This document shows positions 50,952 to 61,230 of a stretch of 64,000 bases of DNA, one piece after another. How positions within the stretch are numbered: the first letter of the stretch is position 1; each line of letters opens with the position of its first letter. The position numbers and the translations under genes were made by a program. Below the pieces are notes generated by a model that saw only the letters and a program-made list of their open reading frames with translations, was not told where the DNA came from and searched no databases. The stretch comes from Candidatus Parcubacteria bacterium (GTDB taxonomy: Bacteria > Patescibacteriota > Patescibacteriia > PEXW01): assembly GCA_003597955.1 (NCBI GenBank), contig QZJU01000006.1, forward strand, positions 34,500 through 98,499. Reading direction: 5' to 3'.

Positions 50952-51697
50952 AGTCTAATTTTAAACAATCACTAAAATCAAAAATCTTAGAAACAATTAA
51001 GTCCAGAAAAATCTCAATGCACTCAAAAGTCTATTTTTTGGCGCGAAGCTTACTGTTGACATCCGGAGTCTTACTAGTTGTTTTAATTTTAGTGTTTTTG
51101 TTAAGTTTCATATTGTTTGTGGATCGGGCCAACGGTCTGGACTGGCTGTGGGGTTTTGGTTTTAAGGGTGTGATACTTTATTTATCCCTCCAACCTTGGA
51201 TATTAATTATTATAAGTTTAGTTTTGATTTTAGTTATTGAAGTTGCCATTCGGCACCTTAGTTTTGCGTGGCGCCGACCGTTAATTTATTCAGCGGTTGG
51301 CGTGATAATTTTGCTTGCCAGCTTTGCTGGTTTAGTCGCCCGTACTAATTTGCACGATGTCTTATTCAAAAACGCTGCTGAAAATCGTTTATCTATTATC
51401 GGCGGGCTGTATCGAGGTTTTGGCTTACGCCAATTTAAAAACATTTATACCGGCCAAGTCAGTCAAACCTCAGCAAGCGGTTTTGTTTTAATCAGGCCAG
51501 ACAATACTCAAATCCAAATTAAATATTCCAACCAAACGCATTTTCCCAATGGTCCAATTAAAAACGACGACGAAGTTTTTGTCGCGGGGAGAATTTCCGG
51601 GCAGACCCTGGAAGCCTACGGTGTTAGAAAAATCAGCCCAAACGAGAAAATTCAGTCAGGTCGTGGCCGGATGTATCGGTGGAATCTACGGCCGTGA
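50948..51697 (+). CDS. Membrane protein, candidate anti-sigma factor
   Basis: Overlaps sigma stop (ATGA), several TMs plus soluble C-terminal domain. Confidence 0.65.
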   Translation: MKSNFKQSLKSKILETIKSRKISMHSKVYFLARSLLLTSGVLLVVLILVFLLSFILFVDRANGLDWLWGFGFKGVILYLSLQPWILIIISLVLILVIEVAIRHLSFAWRRPLIYSAVGVIILLASFAGLVARTNLHDVLFKNAAENRLSIIGGLYRGFGLRQFKNIYTGQVSQTSASGFVLIRPDNTQIQIKYSNQTHFPNGPIKNDDEVFVAGRISGQTLEAYGVRKISPNEKIQSGRGRMYRWNLRP

Positions 51698-51779
51698 AAT
51701 AAATTTGCACTAGAATTGTATTAATTAATACAAGGCAAATAAGCCTTGTATTTTTTTAAAAATAAAGGAGGTGAAATTT

Positions 51780-52205
51780 ATGAAGAAGATTTTTATTTAT
51801 TCTCTGCCAGTTTTAGCCGCCGTGGTTTTTCTTGGTGCAAACTCGGTTTCAGCAAAAGGGCCGCAAAATACCCAGCGTGGCATTGGTTATCAAGCCATGC
51901 TGGAGACCAAAGCCAAAACCTTAGGCTTAACTTCCGAGCAATTGCAGCAGGAATTGGTCAGCGGCAAGACTTTGCTGGAAATCGCTCAGTCCAAGGGTAT
52001 CAATTTGGATAAGATCAAAAGTCAAGTTCAGACCCAGCAAAAGATCCGCTTAGACGCTATGGTTAAAGCCGGCATTATTACCCAGTCTCAGGCTGATGAA
52101 AGACTTAGAAGCATCCAGTCTCGACAGGCAGATTGTACCGGTAATGGTAATTTTGCGCAGGGCCGAGGCTTTGGCCGAGGAATGGGCACGGGACTAAATC
52201 GCTAA
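51780..52205 (+). CDS. Secreted hypothetical protein
   Basis: AAGGAGGTG SD, signal peptide, Gly-rich tail, terminator ~52226-52259. Confidence 0.8.
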   Translation: MKKIFIYSLPVLAAVVFLGANSVSAKGPQNTQRGIGYQAMLETKAKTLGLTSEQLQQELVSGKTLLEIAQSKGINLDKIKSQVQTQQKIRLDAMVKAGIITQSQADERLRSIQSRQADCTGNGNFAQGRGFGRGMGTGLNR

Positions 52206-52322
52206 GTAATTTTGTGTTTTAAACAAAAACACCACCGAAAATTTAAGGGGGTGTTTTTGTAATTAGAAAGAGGTGGTTTCAAAAAATCAGGAAAAATTAA
52301 AAAAGTCCTTAAAGACGAAAGA

Positions 52323-52562
52323 CTACCCAGAATTTAAACAATAGTCTATACTGTCATTTTTCGCATTTTCTAAAGTTGCGCAGATGTTGTATTTGGAATT
52401 ATTTTCAGAGGAAGTGCAATTGTATTTTTCAATTTTGTGGGGTGGGGTAGAAATTTAAGGAAGAAAAGTCGGAATTAATTCCGCTAAAATGTTAGGGAAT
52501 TTTTTATTCTGAATCTGGAATTTATTCAAAGCCTTAGCGATTTCCGCCATATCCAATTTTCT
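52323..52562 (-). pseudogene. Stop-interrupted pilin-like C-terminal extension of the 52563-53936 gene
   Basis: In-frame ARDQ*RKLD..IAKAL..FP..LAELIPTFLP*..YNICATLE..YCLNSG. Confidence 0.6.
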
Positions 52563-53936
52563 TTATTGGTCTCGGGCCAGGACCCGTCGTTCCGATAGCG
52601 AGACCAAGATTTCTTCAAGCGATTTCGCTTCTTGAGGAACTTCCACATTTGGTTGTTCATTAATATGATTCAAGTTTACGCCAACCGTCATTCGAAATTG
52701 TTTGTCCTTAATTTTTTCCGCGGGCTTTTCCGGCAATAAAACTGCCGCAAGCTCAAATTTTCTTGGGCTAAAGTCGGATTTATTAAACCAAAAATTTAAG
52801 CTTAATTCCTTGATATAGTTATTAACCAGAACTTCCTCCTTGGTTAAGGGGGCGTTTAATTTATTTAAAAATTCCTCAATCTGCTTAATGCTTACATTTC
52901 TACTTCCCGCGTCAGTCCGATATGCTTCTATCATGGCCGGATAATTTTCTCGGTTTAGAGCAACGCTGATTTTTTGGGCAGCTTGACCGTCAATCGCTTC
53001 CACCCCAGAATTTTTCAGGACCAAAGCCTTGGATTTTATTGCAAATTTTGCCAGAATGTTTATTTCCGTCTTAAGCTTTTCCACCTCGGCGGAATTCGGG
53101 AAATTTTTATTGACATTACTAAAGCCTAAATCCGAAGCGCTTTCGCCAAGCGTTTGTTGATCGACATAAAACCACTGATCCTTGAAGGCGGTCAGATCGA
53201 AAAGCGGAATGCTTGGCATTTGACGGATAATAAAATAGAGTTTTTTATCCAAATATCGCAATTCATAATCCAACGAATATTTTTGCCCATCGCCCGTGTA
53301 GGAGCCGGCAATCATCATTATCCCCGAGCCTTCATCCAGCAGATTCTGTGTGTCCGTGATTTTGTGGGTTTTTCCGAAAAAAGTAATGTGGCCGTCGATA
53401 AGCGCATCCGGTGGCAGGCTGTTTAAGGGGTTAGTGGCCAAACTCGAACTTGAATTTTTATTCAAAGACGGGAGGTTTTGGTATGCGGGATTTTTTGCCT
53501 CGGCGGCAAGGCGAAATTCAGCACCGACTTCGGCATTTCGGACATTATCAAGACCCTTAATAATCTGGGTTAGAATTTTTTCCGAATTGTTGCCAAGAAA
53601 GGGAATTGGCAAATACCCTTTCCAGCCGGCAAAGGCCAAGCCACCCAAAACTAATAAGCCGATGATCGCGCTTATCATTATCGCCAAGCTTTTGGCTTTA
53701 AGGTTTTTAAATTTCGGTTGAGGTTTTAGTGTTGAGGCGTTTTGGCTGGCTTGCAGTTCTTGCTTGACTAATTGGCTGGGCGTGAGTTCAGGACCGAGTA
53801 AATTTTTGATTTGATCATTGTTCCACCCACTTTTGGTTAATTCTGATCGAATCTGCTCATTAGAAAAACCGGCTTGCCGAGCTTGCGAAAGCCATTGCTG
53901 GATTTGGGAATTTTCCCCTCCAAGTGAATTCTCCAT
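52563..53936 (-). CDS. Hypothetical single-pass membrane protein
   Basis: 457-aa ORF with one TM. Confidence 0.8.
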   Translation of the reverse strand: MENSLGGENSQIQQWLSQARQAGFSNEQIRSELTKSGWNNDQIKNLLGPELTPSQLVKQELQASQNASTLKPQPKFKNLKAKSLAIMISAIIGLLVLGGLAFAGWKGYLPIPFLGNNSEKILTQIIKGLDNVRNAEVGAEFRLAAEAKNPAYQNLPSLNKNSSSSLATNPLNSLPPDALIDGHITFFGKTHKITDTQNLLDEGSGIMMIAGSYTGDGQKYSLDYELRYLDKKLYFIIRQMPSIPLFDLTAFKDQWFYVDQQTLGESASDLGFSNVNKNFPNSAEVEKLKTEINILAKFAIKSKALVLKNSGVEAIDGQAAQKISVALNRENYPAMIEAYRTDAGSRNVSIKQIEEFLNKLNAPLTKEEVLVNNYIKELSLNFWFNKSDFSPRKFELAAVLLPEKPAEKIKDKQFRMTVGVNLNHINEQPNVEVPQEAKSLEEILVSLSERRVLARDQ

Positions 53937-54084
53937 AATTTTTATTTTTATGTTTGTATTTTACCAAAAAATTGTTTATTCGTCAAGTTTTTAAAAATTT
54001 TCTTGACCAACTTAAACTCGGTTGAGGTGTTTTTAGTTTTTTAGAAATAGACACCGGGATTATCGGCGCTATTTCAAAAAGCCT

Positions 54085-54261
54085 TTATGAATTTTTGGTT
54101 TTAGTGGTTAAGGGTTGTTTGCAATGCGGGCAGGTTTGCAAGCCTTTAGCCGCCCAATTCGGATGCAATCTTGGGCAGTCAGGGTGATTTCTTTTTGGAG
54201 AATTTTTTGGGCTTGGGGTTTTTCCCGAACAGCTTTTGAGGGTTTCCAGAGGTTGAGTCAA
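54085..54261 (-). CDS. 58-aa Zn-ribbon-like small protein
   Basis: AAGGAGGT SD, TTG start, HPDC...HPNW...CPHC. Confidence 0.6.
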   Translation of the reverse strand: MTQPLETLKSCSGKTPSPKNSPKRNHPDCPRLHPNWAAKGLQTCPHCKQPLTTKTKNS

Positions 54262-54408
54262 TGTGTTACCTCCTTTTTAGGCAAAAACAATCCTTGTTAA
54301 ATTTTTTATACTTCAAAAAATAAAGCAAAAAAATTTGGCTGTCAAGCTCTTGTTTTTTTAATTTTAACTGCTATATTTAGGGCGTTTTTACCATTAAAAT
54401 CTAGCCTT

Positions 54409-54867
54409 ATGACTGAAACCAAGAAATTGTACCGTTCCAAGCAAAACCGGATAATTGGCGGGGTCTGCGCCGGTTTGGGCGAGTATTTCAACATTGACCC
54501 CGTGATTTTTCGCGTGCTGTTCGTGGTTTTGACGATTTTGGAAGGTGCCGGCATTCTGATTTATATCGTTTTATGGATCGTAATTCCCGAGGCCGGCAAG
54601 GTCGAGGCCGAAAACCAAGCTTTAGGCCAGCGCGTCAGTGGCGTGGCTAATGAAATGAAAGACAGCGCCCAAAATTTAGCCAAGGATTTTAAAGAAAACC
54701 CAAACTGGCTAAACAACCGAAGAAATTTTATTGGCCTGGCGATCGTCGTCTTGGGCTTGATTCTGCTGATGAATCAGTTTTTCCCCTTTCACTGGTTTCG
54801 GTGGGATATTTTCTGGCCGATCGTGATAATTTTTTTGGGCTTGCTATTTATTTTTAAAAGACGCTAA
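54409..54867 (+). CDS. pspC: PspC domain protein
   Basis: KLYRS..NRIIGGVCAGLGEYF.IDP...R. Confidence 0.92.
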   Translation: MTETKKLYRSKQNRIIGGVCAGLGEYFNIDPVIFRVLFVVLTILEGAGILIYIVLWIVIPEAGKVEAENQALGQRVSGVANEMKDSAQNLAKDFKENPNWLNNRRNFIGLAIVVLGLILLMNQFFPFHWFRWDIFWPIVIIFLGLLFIFKRR

Positions 54868-54872
54868 AACCT

Positions 54873-55865
54873 ATGGAGACCACGTCTTCGCAGAATCCAG
54901 ACACAAAAAATGCTAACGGAAATTCGGCCCCAAAACCCGCCGAGCCGGAAAAGACCGTGATTAAGGAGGTGCATCACCACCATTACCGCCACGGGCCGGG
55001 CAGATTTTTTTTCGGCCTGTTTGTGGTGGTTGTTGGTTTGATGTTTCTGGGCCGCGCCGCCGGTTGGTTGCCTCAAGACATTAGCATCGATTGGAGTTGG
55101 GTTTGGCCGCTCCTGATTATCTTTCTCGGCCTTTCCATACTCACCGGCCGCTCGTGGTTTTCTTGGATTACCGGCTCGATAATCACGATTTTAGTTCTGA
55201 TTTTGGTCGCCTGGATGATTTTTGGAAATTTAGGAGCGCGTGAACTGACCACCCAAGAAGTCAGCTATGATAAGGGCGCAAATGTCACCAGCGCCGTGTT
55301 AAACCTCAAGACCGGCGCATCAAAATTAAACATCAAGGGCGATTCCAGTAAATTACTAACTGGAATTTTTTCCAGCTATAATTTGAATTTAACCAAGCAG
55401 GAAACTATTGCTGACGGCGTTCAAAATATTACTTTAGGAACCACCAGCTCTTGGAAATGGTTTACTTCTTCCAAAAATACCATTGAGTTGCAGCTAACCA
55501 ATGACCTTCCGGTGACCTTGAATCTTGATTCGGGAGCTTCCGACATGGATTTGGATTTAACCAATGTCATGGCCAAAATCGTTGATGTGGATACGGGCGC
55601 TTCAACTTTGAATCTGACTTTGGGCGATAAGCTTGAACAAGCCAGTGTTAATATTGATGCCGGGGCCAGTACCCTAAATATTTTTTTGCCCAGAACTCTG
55701 GGCGCAAAACTGAATATTGACGCGGGCGTTAGCTCAAAAAACCTGACTGACTTTAATAAAATCGACGACAAAACCTATGAATCGCAAAATTACAGTTCGG
55801 TCGCCAAAAAAGTGAATTTGGATTTTAACCTAGGCGCCGCGACCTTAAATGTGAATTGGCGTTAA
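54873..55865 (+). CDS. LiaI/LiaF-like membrane protein with beta-repeat extracellular domain
   Basis: WP.LII.LG TM motif, repeated DxGAS.L.L units. Confidence 0.75.
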   Translation: METTSSQNPDTKNANGNSAPKPAEPEKTVIKEVHHHHYRHGPGRFFFGLFVVVVGLMFLGRAAGWLPQDISIDWSWVWPLLIIFLGLSILTGRSWFSWITGSIITILVLILVAWMIFGNLGARELTTQEVSYDKGANVTSAVLNLKTGASKLNIKGDSSKLLTGIFSSYNLNLTKQETIADGVQNITLGTTSSWKWFTSSKNTIELQLTNDLPVTLNLDSGASDMDLDLTNVMAKIVDVDTGASTLNLTLGDKLEQASVNIDAGASTLNIFLPRTLGAKLNIDAGVSSKNLTDFNKIDDKTYESQNYSSVAKKVNLDFNLGAATLNVNWR

Positions 55866-55907
55866 TCCCCCTTGAAAAAAATCGAATAAGGCATCAAGAT
55901 ATAAACG

Positions 55908-56420
55908 ATGCCTTATTTTTATAAAATCAGACCAAAAGCAGCGGATGGCATGAAAATCCCCTGGGTTTTACTGGGAATAATTGTTTTAGTGATTTTGGTC
56001 GCGATGCTTTTAATCTTGCCCGGCGAGAAAGCCAATCAGACTTTGGCGTGTGAAAATTTAAACAGCCAGCAAAAATTTGCCCAGGCGGATTTGATTGTCA
56101 GCGGCAAAGTTTTTTTGGTTTTAGCTGACGGCCAAAAGAACGCTCGGGTTTTGTTTTCACCACGACAGATCTACAAAGGCCAATTGCCGGAGAACGGTAT
56201 TGAAATTTCCGCCCAACAGGCGACGGACTTGGAAAAATCTAAAATCGGCAAAGAGCTGCACTTTGCCGCCAATAATTTGGAGTATTTGCTATATTTAAAA
56301 ACCGACGAAGCGGGCAAATTCAAAACCAGCGTTTGTTTTGGCAGTCGGGTTTTGGTCACGGATTTAAGCCCGGAGGAAGCGCAGGTCTTGGGGCCCGGCC
56401 AGAAAGTTAATACGCTTTAA
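55908..56420 (+). CDS. Hypothetical membrane-anchored protein
   Basis: TM then C..ADLIVSGKV..YLLYL..C pattern. Confidence 0.7.
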   Translation: MPYFYKIRPKAADGMKIPWVLLGIIVLVILVAMLLILPGEKANQTLACENLNSQQKFAQADLIVSGKVFLVLADGQKNARVLFSPRQIYKGQLPENGIEISAQQATDLEKSKIGKELHFAANNLEYLLYLKTDEAGKFKTSVCFGSRVLVTDLSPEEAQVLGPGQKVNTL

Positions 56421-56497
56421 TCCGGTTGATTTTTTTGGTCAAACCAAAAACAGGATTTGATTTTTTTTAATTTTAGCTTACACTAATTGCACTAGTT

Positions 56498-58252
56498 ATG
56501 AATCTGCTTTGGAAATACTTGAAAAAATACCAAAAAGTGCTTTGGGGCACTTTGGTTTTAGCCACTATCAACCAGGTTTTTTCATTGTTGGATCCGCAGA
56601 TTTTTAGATTAATGGTGGATAAATACGCCAGCCGTTTTAACGAGTTAAGCCAAAGCCAGTTTATCCGGGGTATTGTTTTTTTGCTTTTACTTTCCGTCGG
56701 CACGGCTTTAGTTTCGCGCATTGCCAAGAATTTCCAAGATTATTTTACCAATGTGATTGTCCAGCGCGTTGGCGCCAAGATGTATGAAAAAAGCGTCCAG
56801 CATTCTTTTGCTTTGCCATACGCGGTTTTTGAAGATCAACGCTCTGGCGAATTACTGCAAAAACTACAAAAAGCCCGGACGGACCTGCAGAATTTCATTA
56901 CTGGAGCAATCGGGGTTTTCTTTTTCTCTTTGGTAGGCGTAATTTTCGTACTAGTCTACGCTTTTTTCGTACATTGGGCCGTCGGTCTTGGCTATTTTTT
57001 GATAATTCCGGTATTGGGTTTTGTCACCTTTTCCATCAGCCGCAAAATCAAAGTCGCCCAGCAGGAAATCGTCAAACAGACCGCCAGCCTTTCCGGCTCC
57101 ACCACCGAGACCTTGAGGAATGTGGAATTGGTGAAAAGTATGGGCTTGGAGAACCAGGAAATTTCCAGGTTGAATTTCGCCAATGAACAGATCTTGAATT
57201 TGGAACTGAAAAAAATAATCATCATTCGAAAATTCAGTTTTGTCCAGGGCACACTGATAAACGCTTTTCGGTCAGCTCTGCTGCTCTTGATGTTTTATTT
57301 GATTTTTCAGAAAGCCATAAGCTTGGGGCAATTTTTAAGTTTGTACATTTATTCCTTTTTCATATTCGCGCCTTTGGTGGAGCTGGGTACGGTCACTAAA
57401 AATTATCAAGAGTCAAAAGCCAGTCTGGAGCAATTAGAGGAAATTTTAAAAATCCAGCCCGAAAAAAAACCCGCGCAGCCCAGTGTCATTCCCAAGCTGG
57501 AAAAGTTAGTTTTTCAGCAGATTGGTTTTGCTTATAAAACCGCCAAGCATTCGGCAGTCAATGACATAAGCCTGGAAATCAAAGCCGGGCAAACCGTAGC
57601 CTTTGTCGGGCCCTCGGGTTCGGGCAAAACCACTTTGGTTAAGCTTTTAGCTGGTCTGTATAAGCCCAGCCAGGGCCGAATGCTTTTTAACGAAATTGAT
57701 GCCGAAATCGCGGATTATGAAAATCTTCGCCGGCGGATCGGCCTAGTCTCCCAGGAAACCCAGTTGTTTGCTGGAACCATCAGGGAAAATTTAAGGTTTG
57801 TGGAACCGCAAGTGACTGACGCCGAATGCTTGGCCGCCTTGCGAGCCGCGGCCGCCGACTCGATTCTCAAAAGGAGTTACCAAGGTCTGGACACCAAGAT
57901 CGGCGAAGGCGGCTTGAAATTATCCGGCGGCGAAAGACAAAGACTCGCTATTGCCCGGGCTTTATTGCGCAATCCGGATTTGTTGATTTTTGACGAGGCC
58001 ACCAGCAGTTTGGATTCGATTACAGAGAAAGCCATTACCGAGACCATCAAAAATATTACCAAAGCCAAGCCGCATTTGATGACCATACTGGTAGCGCATC
58101 GGCTTTCCACGGTTGCTCATGCCGACCGAATTTATGTATTAGAAAAAGGCCGGGTTGTTGAACAGGGCTCGCATTCGGAACTCTTAAAAAACCGCGGCCT
58201 CTACGCGGCATTGTGGCGCGAACAGATTGGCGAAGCAGAGCAAATTAGCTAA
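56498..58252 (+). CDS. ABC exporter, fused TMD-NBD
   Basis: GPSGSGKT, LSGGERQR, FDEATS. Confidence 0.96.
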   Translation: MNLLWKYLKKYQKVLWGTLVLATINQVFSLLDPQIFRLMVDKYASRFNELSQSQFIRGIVFLLLLSVGTALVSRIAKNFQDYFTNVIVQRVGAKMYEKSVQHSFALPYAVFEDQRSGELLQKLQKARTDLQNFITGAIGVFFFSLVGVIFVLVYAFFVHWAVGLGYFLIIPVLGFVTFSISRKIKVAQQEIVKQTASLSGSTTETLRNVELVKSMGLENQEISRLNFANEQILNLELKKIIIIRKFSFVQGTLINAFRSALLLLMFYLIFQKAISLGQFLSLYIYSFFIFAPLVELGTVTKNYQESKASLEQLEEILKIQPEKKPAQPSVIPKLEKLVFQQIGFAYKTAKHSAVNDISLEIKAGQTVAFVGPSGSGKTTLVKLLAGLYKPSQGRMLFNEIDAEIADYENLRRRIGLVSQETQLFAGTIRENLRFVEPQVTDAECLAALRAAAADSILKRSYQGLDTKIGEGGLKLSGGERQRLAIARALLRNPDLLIFDEATSSLDSITEKAITETIKNITKAKPHLMTILVAHRLSTVAHADRIYVLEKGRVVEQGSHSELLKNRGLYAALWREQIGEAEQIS

Positions 58253-58285
58253 ACTGGATAGTAGTTATCATTAATTAAGAAACCT

Positions 58286-58726
58286 ATGCTTACCAAAAAG
58301 GGTTATATGCTAGTCGGGCTTTTTGCCTTGGCCGGGGTAGCGCTTTCCGGGTATCTTTCCTATGTGAATCTTTTCAAAAAAGGCTGCACCGATACTTTTA
58401 TTACTTGCAGCGGAAGCACCGGACCCGTGGAAATTCTCGGCGTGCCGAATTGCGTTTACGGTTTTTTCATGTTTTTAGCAGTTTTGATCTTAGCCTTGTT
58501 TGGCCTGAAAATGACCGAAAAGAAAGGTCTGCATACCTCGGTTTTGGTTTTGGGGGTTATTGGCACGCTCTTTGCCCTGGGTCTTTCTATTTATGAAATT
58601 TTCTGGTTAAAACCCGACACACTGCCGGCCTGTGTTTACGGCCTCTTCTTTTATCTGGGCATTTTAATCACGGCTTGGGTAAGTTCAAGAGCAAAAACTG
58701 AACCCGAACAAAGACCGATTCAGTAA
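58286..58726 (+). CDS. VKOR-like membrane protein
   Basis: Loop cysteines, ILGVPN..YG; the CxxC position reads PACVY. Confidence 0.65.
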   Translation: MLTKKGYMLVGLFALAGVALSGYLSYVNLFKKGCTDTFITCSGSTGPVEILGVPNCVYGFFMFLAVLILALFGLKMTEKKGLHTSVLVLGVIGTLFALGLSIYEIFWLKPDTLPACVYGLFFYLGILITAWVSSRAKTEPEQRPIQ

Positions 58727-58737
58727 GTATATTTTCG

Positions 58738-59517
58738 ATGAGTTCAGAGAATTTTGAAAGGAAGCTAAATTTATCTCATGAATTCAATAATGAAGATGTT
58801 GATTTTGGAAAAAAGAGGTTTAAATTTTGGCTGGAAAATGTCCCAAAAGAAATTCGTAGATATGAGTACGAACTCTGGAAATTACATAGAAAGCATTTAC
58901 ACAGGAAATTTAATGAGATTGAAAATTCAGAAAGAATCGGAAGATTTACAAAAGTCCCCGAATTTACGCCGGAAGATGAAGAAAGATATTGGCTAGAATT
59001 TTCTGATAGTTTTTTAAAAGGGAAAGAAAGAGAAGAGAGATTTAAAGAGATATTTAAAACCGCAAAAAACGATTTACCAAATTTGGTAAGTAAATATAAT
59101 ATCTCAAATGAAAACGTCCAACTAATTGCGCTTTCTGGGTCTTCTTTATATGGCCCACGAAAAGAAGGCTCCAAGTTTTCCGACATTGACACAAGTTTTT
59201 TAATTGATGACGAAACAGATTTAAAAAACTCTGAATTTTTTCCCGAACAGGATGAAGATGAATTTACGAGTAAATATCATTTAATAGGCACAGGCAATTC
59301 CGATTTAAGTAGAGGAGAAAGAAACGAAATTCATTGGCTGTTATATCCACATTACCCAATATTAACAAGGATAAATGAGGGAGATTTAGAAAAAATAATT
59401 GAGAAGCTCAGTGCTGAAACATTAAACCGTAAAGTTGAAATAGAAACATCAATACAACAATTACAAAAACAGCTATTATTAGAATCTAATTCAAAGATTT
59501 TTGAAAAGTATGGCTAA
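58738..59517 (+). CDS. Hypothetical protein, possible Pol-beta-like nucleotidyltransferase
   Basis: LSGSSLYG...SDID motif; AT-rich. Confidence 0.55.
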   Translation: MSSENFERKLNLSHEFNNEDVDFGKKRFKFWLENVPKEIRRYEYELWKLHRKHLHRKFNEIENSERIGRFTKVPEFTPEDEERYWLEFSDSFLKGKEREERFKEIFKTAKNDLPNLVSKYNISNENVQLIALSGSSLYGPRKEGSKFSDIDTSFLIDDETDLKNSEFFPEQDEDEFTSKYHLIGTGNSDLSRGERNEIHWLLYPHYPILTRINEGDLEKIIEKLSAETLNRKVEIETSIQQLQKQLLLESNSKIFEKYG

Positions 59518-60463
59518 AAAGAAACGGGTTTTGGTAATATTTGGCGGGCCGTCAAATGAACACAATGTCTCTTTGGCAAGCGGGAGATTAGTTAAAGACA
59601 ACCTAAATCAAATGAGTTATGAAGCCCACGAATGCCGAATCACTAAAACCGGGCTTTGGTCATTTGATGAACAGAAGCCTTTAAAATTACCAAAAGCCCT
59701 TGAGTATTTACAACGCAAAAAATTTACAGTCGTATTTTTGGCCTTGCACGGAAAATTTGGTGAAGACGGAAAAATTCAATCAATTCTAGAAGCTTTAAAA
59801 ATTCCTTATACCGGATCAGATTCTGCCAGTTCAGCAATCGCCATGAATAAAGATCTCTCAAATAAGATCGCAAAGTTTTATGATTTTAAAGTTCCAAACT
59901 ACAGTATTTTTACAAAATTTTCACTCCCTGTGTGGAATGTATTTCCATGTGTTGTGAAACCGGTAAGTCAAGGCTCAAGTTATGGGGCCTATATTGTAAA
60001 AAAACCTAAAGAACTAAAAAAAGCCGTAAGCCAAGCGTTTAATTACGACGATAAAATAATGATTCAGGACTTTATTAGAGGCCGAGAAATTACTTGTGGA
60101 GTTTTAGAAAAATCAGGCAGGCCTATAGCTCTACCGCCAACCGAGATAATTCCCCGGGTTTCAGAATTTTTTGATTATAAAGCCAAATATAAAATCAGGG
60201 GTAGTAAGGAAGTAACACCAGCCAAATTAAATAAAAAACAAACAGGGCTTGTTAAAAATCTGGCGTTAGAAGCTCATAAAATGTTTGGATGTCAGGGAAT
60301 GTCGAGGACAGATTTTATTTTAAGGGGAAAAATATTTTATTATTTAGAGACCAATACAATCCCCGGGCTTACCAAAACCAGCCTTTTGCCGCAGCAAGCA
60401 AATGCGGCAGGCATAGATTTTTCAAAAATGCTAGATTTAATTATAGAATCAGCAATTAAGTGA
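59510..60463 (+). CDS. ddl: D-alanine-D-alanine ligase
   Basis: GGPSNEH.VSL.S, LHGKFGEDG, GSSYG, FFDYKAKY, ETNTIPG. Confidence 0.95.
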   Translation: MAKKKRVLVIFGGPSNEHNVSLASGRLVKDNLNQMSYEAHECRITKTGLWSFDEQKPLKLPKALEYLQRKKFTVVFLALHGKFGEDGKIQSILEALKIPYTGSDSASSAIAMNKDLSNKIAKFYDFKVPNYSIFTKFSLPVWNVFPCVVKPVSQGSSYGAYIVKKPKELKKAVSQAFNYDDKIMIQDFIRGREITCGVLEKSGRPIALPPTEIIPRVSEFFDYKAKYKIRGSKEVTPAKLNKKQTGLVKNLALEAHKMFGCQGMSRTDFILRGKIFYYLETNTIPGLTKTSLLPQQANAAGIDFSKMLDLIIESAIK

Positions 60464-60503
60464 TTTTTGTTTCTTAATTTGATTTAAATAACCTTTCAAA
60501 CTT

Positions 60504-61223
60504 ATGGATACGCCCACCGTGCCCCAGCCGGAAATTCAAGCCGTAAAAAAGAAACATAAATTCCGCTGGCTGTATTGGTTAGTTGGAATTATTGTAGTCA
60601 TCTTAATCGCCATCAGCGCAACCGGGGTTTATGCCGTACCCGGCGTCTCGGCGATTTTTGGCATGAACAAGCCCAAAGATTTGGGCATCAAGGTGACCGA
60701 AGAAGCTTATAACACCATCAAGCAAAAAATTCCTCTGCAAATCACGGGCGAAAAGGCGGATTACAGTGCCAGCCCCGCGACGATTTTTACGGGCTCGGCG
60801 CCAGTCGACACGCAAAACACCTCCGAAGAAGTGACTTCTTGGCTTGCCAAAATGCAGGGCCCGGATCCGATTATCAGCCAAGTGCAGGTAAAAATGATTG
60901 AAGGCGGAGTGGAATTTTCAGGGCAAATAAACAAATACCTTAAATCACCGGTCTATGCCAAAGTCATGATTAACCGAACCAGCGAAAATAGCGTGAGCAT
61001 CGACATCACCAGCGCCAAATTAGGAATTTTTAATGTGCCGCAGAAGTATGTCCAGCAGTTTGAAGATTGGGCGCTTAAGCAGGTGAATGGCAGGATGGCC
61101 ACCATCCCGGGTTTCAGTCTGCAGCAGTTGGAATACCATGACGGCTATGACATTTGGAAAGGCACAGTGCCGGCCCAGGTTAAGCCCGCCAAAGGCGGCT
61201 GGACGGATTTGGTTTTAGAGTAA
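60504..61223 (+). CDS. Hypothetical single-pass membrane protein
   Basis: 239-aa ORF with N-terminal TM. Confidence 0.75.
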   Translation: MDTPTVPQPEIQAVKKKHKFRWLYWLVGIIVVILIAISATGVYAVPGVSAIFGMNKPKDLGIKVTEEAYNTIKQKIPLQITGEKADYSASPATIFTGSAPVDTQNTSEEVTSWLAKMQGPDPIISQVQVKMIEGGVEFSGQINKYLKSPVYAKVMINRTSENSVSIDITSAKLGIFNVPQKYVQQFEDWALKQVNGRMATIPGFSLQQLEYHDGYDIWKGTVPAQVKPAKGGWTDLVLE

Positions 61224-61230
61224 GAGAAAA

